Shown: positions 1 through 9,998, counted from the first letter of the stretch. The stretch is 64,000 nucleotides of DNA from a bacterium (GCA_021786945.1 JAJYMK010000001.1:64794-128793), one strand, 5' to 3'. The notes: generated by a model from the sequence alone, not told the origin. Numbers and translations: made by a program.

Positions 1-48
1 GAAATGAAATGGGTGCGATGTTAGGAAACGCAATGAAGCAATAAACCT

Positions 49-288
49 ATGAGCGAAAAAATAAACAAACAAACCGAGGAAACCATCAGCAATTTGTACG
101 AGACAAAGTATTTTGAAGCTTTGTCCGACCTGATTGCCGATGAATTGGAAATAACCAAGACTTGGTTATTAAACAAAGGATTGCCCACCGATGACATTCG
201 GCACTATCAAGGTCGAGCCGAAGGGTTGGGAGTCGTGTTGCTTAGAATAAAAGCAATTCATGACGAATTTATAAAACCAAAAATATGA
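49..288 (+). CDS. hypothetical phage protein (79 aa)
   Basis: ORF in the phage block, followed by an inverted repeat and an intrinsic terminator. Confidence 0.3.
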   Translation: MSEKINKQTEETISNLYETKYFEALSDLIADELEITKTWLLNKGLPTDDIRHYQGRAEGLGVVLLRIKAIHDEFIKPKI

Positions 289-310
289 AAACCTGATAAA
301 AACAATTTAA

Positions 311-373
311 GGAAATCGCCAAAATTTTGAGAGGTTCAGCTGGCCTCTTGAGATGGGATTTCTGGCGATTTCC
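311..373. promoter_or_regulatory. Perfect 11-bp inverted repeat (GGAAATCGCCA ... TGGCGATTTCC) flanking a ~40-nt interior that contains a CAGCTG palindrome. Possible regulator-binding or packaging-related element.
   Basis: Read directly: left arm 311-321, right arm 363-373. CTTGAGA is repeated three times nearby. Confidence 0.3.
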
Positions 374-390
374 ACATCTTGAGAAGCCAA

Positions 391-418
391 CCGAGCCTCC
401 ACAAAGGGGCTCGGTTTT
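391..418 (+). terminator. intrinsic terminator (CCGAGCC-loop-GGCTCGG followed by TTTT)
   Basis: GC stem 391-397/408-414 followed by a T-run. Confidence 0.5.
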
Positions 419-491
419 ATTAACAGACGGACGCTTTGAAAGTCTTTCGTGAGGTCAGACTGGAAAAGAACAATCCGCCATTAATACGCCT

Positions 492-1346
492 ATGGAAAAA
501 CCAAACAATTCCGGCGCCGATCCGAACGCAAAGCCAGAGACTCCGTCTTTTGACGATGCAGTCGGAAAGGAACAACCGGTCAATTCAGTTCCGTCAGGCA
601 CTCCGAGCGGAGAGCAACCTGACAAAAAACCAGACGCTAAGGGTGAACAACCTAAAGATCAATCTGGCGACACGCCCAGCGATAAGGGCGAAAGTCCCGA
701 CGGTAAAAAGTCCGAGGGCGATAAATCCTTCTGGGGAAAGTTTAAGAGCGAGGATGATGCTAAACGCTCGTATGACGAAGCCCAGACCAAGATCATCGAG
801 CAAGGAAAAGAAATCAATGATTTGAAAACCCAACATGAGAAAAATGAACAGTTTCTCTCTGTGTTGGATCGAGCATTGGTTAAAAATCCGCAATTAGCCG
901 AACAGTTAAAAGCGGTACTTGCCGAGACCATGAAGTCCGGCGAATCGGAGCCGGAGGATACGCCCGACATAGAAGCTATCCTCGACAAAAAGCTTGAGGA
1001 AAGAGAAACCAAAGCAAAAACCAAAGCGGAAATTGATAAGTGGATCGAGGAACACGAGGACTTCAAAGAACCAGAATTGGGACACAAAGTTCTCGACATC
1101 ATCGAGAAAGAAAAACTGCCATTCAATGCTCGCACGCTTCAATTGGCCTACGACTCCATCACCAAGGATGCCCAAGCCAAGAAAGCAACCGAGGAAGCTT
1201 TGAAAAAAGAGGAAGTGAAAAATCTTGAGCGTGAAAATGCATCAGGTGTCGGAGGCGGTTCACCAACTACCAAAGGCCAAACGCCCAAAGATAATCCCTT
1301 TGACGATCTTGTGGGCGAAAGTATCAACCCAAACAAAGTCAGGTAA
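492..1346 (+). CDS. putative phage scaffolding-like protein (284 aa; acidic and Lys-rich, predicted coiled coil)
   Basis: K/E/D-rich low-complexity N-terminus followed by a heptad-like helical region. It sits immediately upstream of the capsid-like gene, the typical scaffold-to-capsid order. Confidence 0.35.
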   Translation: MEKPNNSGADPNAKPETPSFDDAVGKEQPVNSVPSGTPSGEQPDKKPDAKGEQPKDQSGDTPSDKGESPDGKKSEGDKSFWGKFKSEDDAKRSYDEAQTKIIEQGKEINDLKTQHEKNEQFLSVLDRALVKNPQLAEQLKAVLAETMKSGESEPEDTPDIEAILDKKLEERETKAKTKAEIDKWIEEHEDFKEPELGHKVLDIIEKEKLPFNARTLQLAYDSITKDAQAKKATEEALKKEEVKNLERENASGVGGGSPTTKGQTPKDNPFDDLVGESINPNKVR

Positions 1347-1405
1347 TGCTTATTAGATTTGAGGTCTCGTGAGCGGTTACCGGCTTTCTAACATAAAACA
1401 AAATT

Positions 1406-2629
1406 ATGTCTGAACCAACCCATCTCATCGGAACGAGGAACACACTGACGATTGAACAATCACAGCGTATTCCCGATGTCGATGACAAAATATTCCTTCT
1501 TGAACCAGGCGAATCACCGCTCACTGCTTTCTTGACCCAAATCGGAAAGATTGGTGACGGTGGAGGCAAGTTCAAAGGAATGGCTCTCCAAAAAAGAGTC
1601 GTCTATAACCCGGAGTTTACTGAATATGAGGATCAGTACTCCGGTGTCTGGGCTCGAATTAACAACGGCGGTGGCTACCTCGTAGGTGCAACCGACATTG
1701 TTGTCGATAGTCCAGGTGCCTCAATTTTCTCCAAGTACGATCTGATTAAAAACACTCGTACCGGTGAAATCATGAGAGTCACCAATGTTAATTATTCCAC
1801 GAACACTCTAACCGTAAGTCGTGGAGCCGGTGCCACTGCGGCGGCCGCCATCAATGATGACGACTGGCTATTGGTCATCGGTCCTGCTTTTGAGGAAGGA
1901 TCAAAGTCTGGTGATTCCAACACGACCAAACTCGTGAAAGTCACCAACTACACCCAAATCTTCAAAACAAAATTCGGTGTCACTCAAACCGAGAACGCTT
2001 CGAAGCTCTATCCATCCGGTGCTCCGGGTGCGGACTTGAAGTACCTGCGTGCAAAGCATGGTATCGAGCAAGCAAAGAAAATCGAACGCGCGTATTGGTT
2101 TGGTGAAAAGAAAGAAGTCACCGGTCCCGATGGTAAACCACTCCGCTTAACTGGAGGTATTTTGGAATCCATCATCGCCGCCGGAAATGTGCAAGATGAA
2201 TCAAGCTCGAGCTTAACCGAAGCCGAATTCCGATCATTCTTGCAGAACTATGCCTTTAAGTATGGTTCAAGCGAGAAATACTTCTTCTGTGGCAATACTG
2301 TACTCGGTTATTTGGAAGGCTTTGCCACGAGCAAGATGTATGTCGTTCCAACCGATAAGACATACGGAGTAGAAATCCGTAAATTCCAGTCTTCATTCGG
2401 TACCTTGAACATTGTTCGTCACCCGATGTTCGACAATCAGTACGCCGGAATGGGAGTCGTATTGGATCTTTCAACCTTAAAGCATTGTCCTCTGAATGGT
2501 CGAGACACTTCTCTCGAAACCAACATTCAGGACAACGATGCTGACGAGGAAGTCGACCAATACAAAACCGAAGTCGGTTTGCAGAGAGTCAACTTCGAAA
2601 AGAACGCTTTGCTTAAGGGTGTTGCCTAA
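1406..2629 (+). CDS. putative phage major capsid protein (407 aa)
   Basis: Size and position directly after the scaffold-like gene. An RBS-like AAAACAAAATT precedes the ATG. No specific motif was recognised, so the call is by synteny only. Confidence 0.45.
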   Translation: MSEPTHLIGTRNTLTIEQSQRIPDVDDKIFLLEPGESPLTAFLTQIGKIGDGGGKFKGMALQKRVVYNPEFTEYEDQYSGVWARINNGGGYLVGATDIVVDSPGASIFSKYDLIKNTRTGEIMRVTNVNYSTNTLTVSRGAGATAAAAINDDDWLLVIGPAFEEGSKSGDSNTTKLVKVTNYTQIFKTKFGVTQTENASKLYPSGAPGADLKYLRAKHGIEQAKKIERAYWFGEKKEVTGPDGKPLRLTGGILESIIAAGNVQDESSSSLTEAEFRSFLQNYAFKYGSSEKYFFCGNTVLGYLEGFATSKMYVVPTDKTYGVEIRKFQSSFGTLNIVRHPMFDNQYAGMGVVLDLSTLKHCPLNGRDTSLETNIQDNDADEEVDQYKTEVGLQRVNFEKNALLKGVA

Positions 2630-2733
2630 ACCTGACCAAGGCTCTGCTCTGACTCGCTGGCCTCCACTCTGTGGAAGCCAGGAGTAAGGGCGGATGCCAG
2701 ATAAAAATTAAAAACTTAATTAATAAAACTTAT

Positions 2734-3090
2734 ATGGCTAAATTTAATTCCCATATCAAAAGACTCAAGATCGTCCTTAAACCGGCTATGCCGATATTTG
2801 AGGGTGGATTAAAAATCGGCGATCAGCCGGGAGTTTACGCTCTGTTCGAAGATGGTCAATTTGAGACCAAGGATGAGGAAATCATCAAACAACTTGAGGG
2901 CTTAGACACATTCAAAATAGATTTTTGGCGTGTGTCTGGTGAGTCCAGTCCAGTCGAGGACACTACAGTCGACAAAGACTTTGTGAAGCTAACCAAAAAA
3001 GAGCTTCAATCTCTGGCAAAAGAAAAAGGTGTTGAGGTCGACGGCACTGAAACAAAAGAAAGACTGGTCGAGCTTTTGACCGACAAATAA
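2734..3090 (+). CDS. small phage protein with a C-terminal Rho-N/SAP-like helix-extension-helix motif
   Basis: ORF track begins at 2671, but 2671-2733 is AT-rich intergenic-looking sequence; in-frame ATG at 2734 (MAKFNSH...). The C-terminus KKELQSLAKEKGVEVDGTETKERLVELL resembles a Rho_N/HeH motif. Confidence 0.4.
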   Translation: MAKFNSHIKRLKIVLKPAMPIFEGGLKIGDQPGVYALFEDGQFETKDEEIIKQLEGLDTFKIDFWRVSGESSPVEDTTVDKDFVKLTKKELQSLAKEKGVEVDGTETKERLVELLTDK

Positions 3091-3123
3091 AACCTTAAGG
3101 GGTCGATAATCTAAAACAAACTT

Positions 3124-3903
3124 ATGCCAATCGTATCAGCAGACTTAAAAGAATATAAATCGTCAGCAACCAATTCTGACGGTGCTGGAATTTCGGCGAC
3201 TGAAGTAGTCGACAATACCGATAATAACCTGTTCACCGACATAACTGGTGACGAAGCGACTGCCGGTGGCACTGAGTATCGAAAGATATTCAGGAAAAAT
3301 ACCCATGCAACGCTTACTTGGCAAAACATAGTCTCGTGGCTATTAAGCCAACCAACCAATTCCGCCTTATCGTTCGGTTTTGGTTTGGATCATGCAGATG
3401 ATGCAGATGGTGCTCAAGGAAACATGTCGGCGTTCGGGGCAAATGCCGTTGTCGCTGTGGTATCCGATGGTGCAGACACCAGACAACTAACCGTTGTCGG
3501 CGAGGATGCTTCCGGAAACAGACAGACCGAAACATTAACTTTGAACGGTACAACCGAAGTGGTCGGATCGCTTACATTTTCCAAAGTGTATGCGGTTTAT
3601 GCCAACTCACTCTCCGCTTCAAGATCAGTGACTATTAAACAAGGTGCCGGAGGTACATCAAGAGGAACTATCGGAACGAATAAAAAGATTTGTTTCCTTT
3701 GGTTCGGAAAGAGATATTCCGCCGGTTCATTGGTCAACGCCGAGGGTGGCGATATGGCCAGCAAAGCAACCGGTCTGAAGTGTGGAGATGTCGCACCTGC
3801 CGGAAACTTCGGACTATGGTATCGCATTACTTGGCCAGCTGGCGCTGGTGCAGTAACTGCCACGACAACCCAAGTGAAATCCGAGGGTGACACTGCGGCC
3901 TAA
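3124..3903 (+). CDS. hypothetical phage structural protein (259 aa; Gly/Ala/Thr-rich, possible head decoration or Ig-like)
   Basis: ORF in the structural block; composition only. Confidence 0.35.
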   Translation: MPIVSADLKEYKSSATNSDGAGISATEVVDNTDNNLFTDITGDEATAGGTEYRKIFRKNTHATLTWQNIVSWLLSQPTNSALSFGFGLDHADDADGAQGNMSAFGANAVVAVVSDGADTRQLTVVGEDASGNRQTETLTLNGTTEVVGSLTFSKVYAVYANSLSASRSVTIKQGAGGTSRGTIGTNKKICFLWFGKRYSAGSLVNAEGGDMASKATGLKCGDVAPAGNFGLWYRITWPAGAGAVTATTTQVKSEGDTAA

Positions 3904-3919
3904 AAGAAATTAAAAAGCT

Positions 3920-5473
3920 ATGGCTAAAACTTTCTTAACAAAAAAGAATAACGCCAAAAGCACAACCACGGACAATCCATTGCTTTCGGGTGCGACTGTC
4001 CTCAATGTGCAGACCGGTGATGGGGTGAAGTTTCCATCGGCACCATTCCACGCCACGCTTTACTCAAGCGATCCAAGTGTGGGAGAAATTGTGAAAATAA
4101 CAACGATCGTAACCGATCAATTCACAATTGAACGAGCCAAAGAAAACACCACTGCCCAACAATGGCCTCAAGGTACACGCCTTGAACTTTTGGTGACAGC
4201 CAAGCTTTTTGACGACTTCCAAACAAGAACCGAAGTAATCGTAGCGACAGACGGATCGGGCGACTATAACTGCGACGGCACGGCCGATCAAACAGAGATT
4301 AATGAAGCTATAAGCAATCTGCCAGCCGGTGGCGGAATCGTAAGAATCAAGAAAGGAACTTATAACCTGACTGGTGTCGTTGAGATCTTAAAGAGCAATG
4401 TCATTCTCGAGGGCGAAGGGACAGCAACACTTTTGCGTGTCGCAAACTCTGCCAACTTGGGAGATGTTGTGAGAATTGGAAATGGTGGAAGTGTCAGCTA
4501 CACCAACATCACGGTCCGAGACTTTATGATCGACGGCAACCAAGCCAATCAGACATCGGGTGCCAATAGTCCTCTCGTGCTTTGGGGAACTGCATCGTAT
4601 AAGCACAGCAAACTGACAATAGAAAACTTATGGCTTACTGGTGCGAAACAAGATTGCTTAAAAGTCATTGCCATTGAGGATAGTGTAATAAAAAATTGTT
4701 ACATCTATTCAAACACCGGAACAGCAATCGGATTATTCACCAGCTCTCAATACATCAGCATCATTGGTAATGTGCTGGCTTCAAATTCTTACGGAATATA
4801 CGACAACGCTTGCAACTACAACACCATCACCGGAAATGTGATCCGAAATAATGGCTACGGCTTTTATGTAAACAGCGGGTGGCGAGAAGTATTCACAGGC
4901 AACATGGTGTTCACCAGTACAAACTACGGGGTCTATCTCGTTGGTGCTCAAAGAGTGGCCGTAACTGGAAATCACTTCTACGGAGATAGCTGGAGTATTG
5001 TAGTTGGCAATAGTACCAATGCCACTAAATACAATGTGATCACTGGAAACACGATCACATATCCTACCAGCCAAGGCATTGCCCTCTACTACGGTTCGGG
5101 TACGACAGTCAGCAATGTTATAAGCGGAAACCACATCTTCGGTGCCGGTGGACATGGGATATATCTTTATGGATCGTCCTTCAACACAATCACCGGAAAT
5201 GCGATTGATAATGCTTCGAGAAATGCAAACAATACCTCGAACAGCATCTACCTATCGAACAACGGCTCAGTCTATTCAACCTACAATGTGATCTCGTCAA
5301 ACAATCTTCATGCCACGCAAACTAACAAGTCCGCCTATCACATCAGAGAGCAAAGTGCGAGCGATGATTATAACTTAGCAATCGGCAATATTTGCAATGG
5401 TGGGGTCACAGCTCAAATCAGCTTACAAGGAACCAATTCAGTGAGAGGAACTAACATACCGGCTTCCGGTTAA
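3920..5473 (+). CDS. right-handed parallel beta-helix (pectate-lyase fold) protein, a putative tail spike or fiber with a possible glycan depolymerase function
   Basis: Many PbH1-type repeats (e.g. IIGNVLASNSYGIYDNACNYNTITGNVIRNNGYGFYV; ITGNTITYPTSQGIALYYGSG; ITGNAIDNASRNANNTSNSIYL). Confidence 0.65.
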   Translation: MAKTFLTKKNNAKSTTTDNPLLSGATVLNVQTGDGVKFPSAPFHATLYSSDPSVGEIVKITTIVTDQFTIERAKENTTAQQWPQGTRLELLVTAKLFDDFQTRTEVIVATDGSGDYNCDGTADQTEINEAISNLPAGGGIVRIKKGTYNLTGVVEILKSNVILEGEGTATLLRVANSANLGDVVRIGNGGSVSYTNITVRDFMIDGNQANQTSGANSPLVLWGTASYKHSKLTIENLWLTGAKQDCLKVIAIEDSVIKNCYIYSNTGTAIGLFTSSQYISIIGNVLASNSYGIYDNACNYNTITGNVIRNNGYGFYVNSGWREVFTGNMVFTSTNYGVYLVGAQRVAVTGNHFYGDSWSIVVGNSTNATKYNVITGNTITYPTSQGIALYYGSGTTVSNVISGNHIFGAGGHGIYLYGSSFNTITGNAIDNASRNANNTSNSIYLSNNGSVYSTYNVISSNNLHATQTNKSAYHIREQSASDDYNLAIGNICNGGVTAQISLQGTNSVRGTNIPASG

Positions 5474-5477
5474 AACT

Positions 5478-6947
5478 ATGTTCAACGCTTATCAATTCAA
5501 CACGGCTCAACTAAACAACACCGGTTCAAAGCCAATCGCTAAAGCCGTGAGTTATGCGTTGGATGTATTCGGACTGGTAAGCAAACAGATCACATACTTG
5601 CTTGATAGTTTCGTCACAATTTCGCATGCCAGAACATATATCCTCGACATCAAGAACTTAATGGCAAAAATAGAAACCTACATTCTCGATGCTTTCGGAC
5701 TTTCAAACAGGATGACTGCCTACAAGTTTGATGTTAGGAGTTTGATTGTCAAAATGGAATCTTATGTTTTGGATATATTTCAAACAATCACAAAAAGCCT
5801 GACATACAGATTCGACATCAGAATCATCGTTGTCAAAACAGAAAGATACATCCTCGATGTGTTTGGATTAATTGCGAAACTGATCGCTTATAAACTCGAT
5901 ATCAGAAACCTTGCCACGAAACTTGAGACTTATGTTTTAGATATTCGCCTAAAGGTGAATAAAACTGCATCATACCTCTTCGACATAATTGGTGGTGCAT
6001 GGCTTGGATTGGTTTATAAGTTGGATGTTAGAAACATCACCACAAAGAGTATGGCGTACCGGTTTGATGTTCTGATCACACTCGGCCGAACGATAACCTA
6101 CAAGTTTGATTCTTTTCTCACGGCTCTCAAACAGTCGATATACAAATGGGATATAAGAAACACGGCTCAGAAGTTAATGGCCTATGTGATGGACATCAGA
6201 AATACGATTGCCAGATTGGAAACATACAAGCTTGATGTTAGAAACTTGGCCACCAAGATTGAAAGATATTTGATCGACATCAGAAGTCTCACATCCAAAG
6301 CTTGGACTTACATCTTGGATATAAGAAATATTGCCGGTAAGACTGAAAGTTATTTGCTCGACATTAAAAACCTTATTGCCAAAAACACCCGATACTTGTT
6401 TGACTCGCTGATCACTGTTTTGAGACAGACAATCTATCTCTTGGACATCAGGAGTTTAACAACCAAAGCAATGCGATATGTGTTGGACATTCAAGTGCTG
6501 ATTGCCAAGTTGGAAACTTATAAATTAGACATCCGCAACCTTGCCACAAAGATCGAAAGATATGTACTGGATATCAGAAGTTTGATTGCTAAAACCGAAA
6601 CCTATCTCTTGGACATCCTAAGCAAGATTACGAAATGGTGGACTTATAAATTAGACATTCTGATAACCACCGGCAAGCAATGGACATACTTATTCGACAT
6701 TCGAGGATTGATTGCGAAAGTCTGGAGTTATCGCTTCAGGATTTGGAAAATTATTGAGGGTGTAAAAATAGCGGTTGAATTCTTATCTGCAAAACTGTCG
6801 GTCCTAATGCTTAACGCCAGAGAGTCGCTTGGATTAGTTAATGCTAGGACAAACATTGAGGTCAAAAATGCCAAACAAGATCAATCATTGCAATCAGCAA
6901 GATTGGATGTCGGTCTTGGTAAAGGCAATAAAGATATAAAACTATGA
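5478..6947 (+). CDS. phage protein made almost entirely of ~28 tandem 14-residue repeats (consensus Y-x-L-D-I-R-N-L-A-T-K-x-E-x); probable fibrous tail or receptor-binding shaft
   Basis: Translation shows strict 14-aa periodicity from roughly residue 25 to 415 (YKLDIRNLATKLET / YVLDIRSLIAKTET / YLLDIKNLIAKNTR ...). Placement between the tail spike and further structural ORFs supports a fibre role. Confidence 0.6.
   Translation: MFNAYQFNTAQLNNTGSKPIAKAVSYALDVFGLVSKQITYLLDSFVTISHARTYILDIKNLMAKIETYILDAFGLSNRMTAYKFDVRSLIVKMESYVLDIFQTITKSLTYRFDIRIIVVKTERYILDVFGLIAKLIAYKLDIRNLATKLETYVLDIRLKVNKTASYLFDIIGGAWLGLVYKLDVRNITTKSMAYRFDVLITLGRTITYKFDSFLTALKQSIYKWDIRNTAQKLMAYVMDIRNTIARLETYKLDVRNLATKIERYLIDIRSLTSKAWTYILDIRNIAGKTESYLLDIKNLIAKNTRYLFDSLITVLRQTIYLLDIRSLTTKAMRYVLDIQVLIAKLETYKLDIRNLATKIERYVLDIRSLIAKTETYLLDILSKITKWWTYKLDILITTGKQWTYLFDIRGLIAKVWSYRFRIWKIIEGVKIAVEFLSAKLSVLMLNARESLGLVNARTNIEVKNAKQDQSLQSARLDVGLGKGNKDIKL
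5553..6723 (+). repeat. 42-bp in-frame degenerate tandem repeat array (~28 units) inside CDS 5478..6947
   Basis: Recurrent tacaagcttgatgttagaaacttggccacc-type units visible in the nucleotide sequence. The repeat is coding, not CRISPR. Confidence 0.6.
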
Positions 6948-7258
6948 GCGTAAAAATTGTTCAAGACGATACAAGACCACCACTGGAATTCAATCTGACT
7001 CAAGATGGTTCACCTGTAGATTTAACCGGATGCACGGTCAAATTCTACATGAAAGATGCCACCAGCGGATCAGTAAAAATCAGTGGTAGTACTTGCGTGA
7101 TAACCGATGCCACCAAAGGTAAATGCAAATACCTCTGGACTTCATCGGATACCAACACAGCCGGAACTTATGTGGGAGAGGTTGAGGTCACTTTTCCTGA
7201 CGGAAAGATTCAGACCGGCTATAAACAAATCGGAATCACAATAAGAGCTGACATCTAA
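6944..7258 (+). CDS. hypothetical phage structural protein (104 aa)
   Basis: ORF overlapping the upstream stop codon (ATGA); beta-rich composition. Confidence 0.35.
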   Translation: MSVKIVQDDTRPPLEFNLTQDGSPVDLTGCTVKFYMKDATSGSVKISGSTCVITDATKGKCKYLWTSSDTNTAGTYVGEVEVTFPDGKIQTGYKQIGITIRADI

Positions 7259-7262
7259 AACT

Positions 7263-7895
7263 ATGACCAGAGGCGATATAAAAACAGCAATAAAAAACGA
7301 AGTCGATGATCAGACCGTTGACTCAACACTGCTCAACACATGGGTTCAAAGAGCCGATGAGAAAGTGCAGAGTTGGCGTCCATCGGATGATCGAGATCAG
7401 ACATTTGATTATTGGGATTATCTCAAAACCGAACAGCCGTTCACAACGGTTGCCAATCAAGAGAAATATCCAGTGCCAGAAAATTATCGTGCGTTCATCG
7501 AACTAAGAATCGGAACGGATAAAACACCTTATAAGCTGATCGACTTCCGAGACAGAGACAAGTTTGATGACCATGCGGTGTATATGCTGGGCGGTTATTT
7601 CTACCCGATAGCGACACCAACAATTGATGGTAATGCCATGAGGTTTGTCTTTGTCCGAATATCCGATGACTTTGCGTCCGACAATGACGAACCGGAGGTC
7701 GAAAAACTCTACCACCAAGCCTATGTCGAGTGGGGTAAGAAAATGTACTACAACCAACAAGGCGACACTGAATTGGAACGACAGGCCGAGAATAACTTCG
7801 AGAGAACAATGATTGGTAAATGGCGTGATCAAGAATTAGCCAGAATGTCTTCAGCTTCGGATCAAGCCGAAATTCCAAGAAGTAGTCTTGTATAA
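7263..7895 (+). CDS. hypothetical phage protein (210 aa)
   Basis: ORF in the structural block. Confidence 0.35.
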   Translation: MTRGDIKTAIKNEVDDQTVDSTLLNTWVQRADEKVQSWRPSDDRDQTFDYWDYLKTEQPFTTVANQEKYPVPENYRAFIELRIGTDKTPYKLIDFRDRDKFDDHAVYMLGGYFYPIATPTIDGNAMRFVFVRISDDFASDNDEPEVEKLYHQAYVEWGKKMYYNQQGDTELERQAENNFERTMIGKWRDQELARMSSASDQAEIPRSSLV

Positions 7896-7904
7896 ACAAC
7901 AACT

Positions 7905-9596
7905 ATGTCACTACCAAAGAAAATCTGGAAAACATCACAATTCCACAAAGGCATCTCAAACCTTAATGCCGAGGGAACCTTTTGGTTTTCAAACGGATTG
8001 GAATTTGATCAGTATCCTCCGTATTTGAAAGTGGCAAATAAATTTTTCAAAGAAAGTGACAGCGTAAGCGTGCCGACATTGAATCAGCCGACTTATATGT
8101 GTTATTTCAATTATCGATATTATTGCGTCAATCATGATGACGGAAAGATTTTTGAAAATAATTACAATAGCTGGACTGAAGTACACGACAGCGTAAACAT
8201 CTGGGGAGGAAGCGGATTATATGCCGATGACGATTATATGTACTACGCCGGAAGTACTTGGGTCGGTCGCTTTGATAAAAACACATGGGTGGACAATTGG
8301 CAGTCGTTTAATGTGAACACGGCATTTGACGATGTACCAATCACCAAGTTTTTGAAATTCATTTGCTTTGGAAATAAAAACTATTTAGCCACATGGGATA
8401 CAGGGGCAAGCTCTTGGAATCCCAACAAGCTAACGCTACCGACTGGCTATGTGATTATGTGGCTTGCACCGCTTACCGACTATCTCGTCATTTCCGCTCA
8501 CCATCCGACATTCGGATCAGCTTTGTTTTTCTGGGATGGATATTCGCAAACTTATAATCGTGTTTTACAACTAACCCAAACTCAAAGCTTGGCTGGTTGC
8601 GTTGATAAAAATGTTTTGTATTTCCTAACAAGGGACGGCTGGATCTGCCGATTTAATGGTTCGGGAATAGAAAAACTTAATAAGTTTCCTGAAATGAATC
8701 ATGAGGACTACATATCACTGAAAGCTGGATGCATGAAAGTTTATCAAGGCACAATTCTCATCGCTAAAGGATCAAATACCTACGATGTGAGTCGCCGAAA
8801 TCAATATTGCGGAATTTGGTGCTACAACCCATCAACTAACGCTCTTTATTTCAAGCACAGAATATCAACCGGTGCAGTCAATCATGTGACTCCAGGATTA
8901 GCGGTAATGTATGGACTTTATGTCGATAACAATACGATTCGAGTAATGTACAGCGACGGTAATAAATCAATCATCGATGTAAACCATGACACTGGAACAT
9001 TCAGACCTTATGAATTCGGGGCGTACTGGATCAGTCCGCTGATAGACAATGATCCATATCTTCGCAAGAGATGGAAACAAATAATTTTGAACTTTTTCAA
9101 ACCAATGCCTAATAGCAGTTTTGCGAGGTTTGAACTTAAGTACAACACCACTGAACAGAATATAAGAGATCAAGCGAAATATGTGACTGGCGGAGGTTCG
9201 GATTACTTTACCGTTTCTTATTTTAGTAGCTCGTATGAGGTTGGTGACGAAGTGATTATTCTTGCCGGTCCGGCCGCCGGACAGATTAGGCACATAAAAA
9301 GCATGGACAATGCAACAAAAACAATTTATCTGGATGAAACCCTGTACTATGTCGGGACTTCACAAGGATATTTGCAAGCCGGAGATTATGTGGCGATCAC
9401 ACCTTTTAAACGGCTTGGAACGATTAAAGGAAATGAAAATCAAGGCAAGGTAAATAAAATGCTTCGGTTTAATGCGAGGTCAAAAAAGATTCAATTCAAG
9501 GTCGAAGTCTGGAGTAATTCTGGATACTCGGGCGAATGGGACATGGGATTAAAAGATGTGTCCGCCGTATTCGTTCCGGACAGAATAATTAAATAA
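7905..9596 (+). CDS. hypothetical large phage structural protein (563 aa; Tyr/Trp/Asn-rich, possibly tail or baseplate)
   Basis: ORF size and position; no motif recognised. Confidence 0.4.
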   Translation: MSLPKKIWKTSQFHKGISNLNAEGTFWFSNGLEFDQYPPYLKVANKFFKESDSVSVPTLNQPTYMCYFNYRYYCVNHDDGKIFENNYNSWTEVHDSVNIWGGSGLYADDDYMYYAGSTWVGRFDKNTWVDNWQSFNVNTAFDDVPITKFLKFICFGNKNYLATWDTGASSWNPNKLTLPTGYVIMWLAPLTDYLVISAHHPTFGSALFFWDGYSQTYNRVLQLTQTQSLAGCVDKNVLYFLTRDGWICRFNGSGIEKLNKFPEMNHEDYISLKAGCMKVYQGTILIAKGSNTYDVSRRNQYCGIWCYNPSTNALYFKHRISTGAVNHVTPGLAVMYGLYVDNNTIRVMYSDGNKSIIDVNHDTGTFRPYEFGAYWISPLIDNDPYLRKRWKQIILNFFKPMPNSSFARFELKYNTTEQNIRDQAKYVTGGGSDYFTVSYFSSSYEVGDEVIILAGPAAGQIRHIKSMDNATKTIYLDETLYYVGTSQGYLQAGDYVAITPFKRLGTIKGNENQGKVNKMLRFNARSKKIQFKVEVWSNSGYSGEWDMGLKDVSAVFVPDRIIK

Positions 9597-9600
9597 ACAT

Positions 9601-9798
9601 ATGACTAAATTCACATTGGAAAAAATAGATCAAGAGAATGTAAAAAAGACAGACATTCGTGAGGATGTCTCAACGGTGAACATTCCAGCTTTAGAAAAAC
9701 AAAAGTCCGAACTGGAACAACAGATCACCTCAATGCAAAAACAACTCGACCAAATAAACGAGGTCTTGGCCGAGTATAAGAAACTTCCACAAACATGA
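9601..9798 (+). CDS. small coiled-coil phage protein (65 aa)
   Basis: ORF with a heptad-like segment LEKQKSELEQQITSMQKQLDQINEVLAEY. Confidence 0.3.
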   Translation: MTKFTLEKIDQENVKKTDIREDVSTVNIPALEKQKSELEQQITSMQKQLDQINEVLAEYKKLPQT

Positions 9799-9998
9799 AC
9801 AACTCACCAAACCAAGATCAACCATTTGATCCGAATCTGGGTTCGATACTCAATCTCCTCCGTGATATTCCGATATTGAACTCACCGCCATCAGATACAC
9901 CAAGAACGCCAATCAGCTTCGCTTTATACGACAACGGTGGCACAAGACGGTTCTATATATTTTTTAACGGAGTGTGGAGGTATGTAACGCTAACTTAA
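9795..9998 (+). CDS. hypothetical small phage protein (67 aa)
   Basis: ORF overlapping the upstream stop codon. Confidence 0.25.
   Translation: MNNSPNQDQPFDPNLGSILNLLRDIPILNSPPSDTPRTPISFALYDNGGTRRFYIFFNGVWRYVTLT

Noticed and set aside
436-1336. Multiple alternative-frame and antisense ORFs (436-825 +, 594-893 -, 659-1135 -, 906-1175 -, 994-1203 +, etc.) overlapping the 492-1346 gene
   Set aside because: They overlap a longer ORF that fits the co-directional phage operon. Their translations are low-complexity Arg/Ser/Leu-rich, typical of out-of-frame readings of a Lys/Glu-rich gene.
5553-6723. Possible CRISPR array suggested by regular ~42-bp nucleotide repeats
   Set aside because: The repeats are contiguous with no unique spacers, lie in a single long open reading frame with perfect 14-codon periodicity, and no cas genes are nearby. 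It is a coding tandem repeat.
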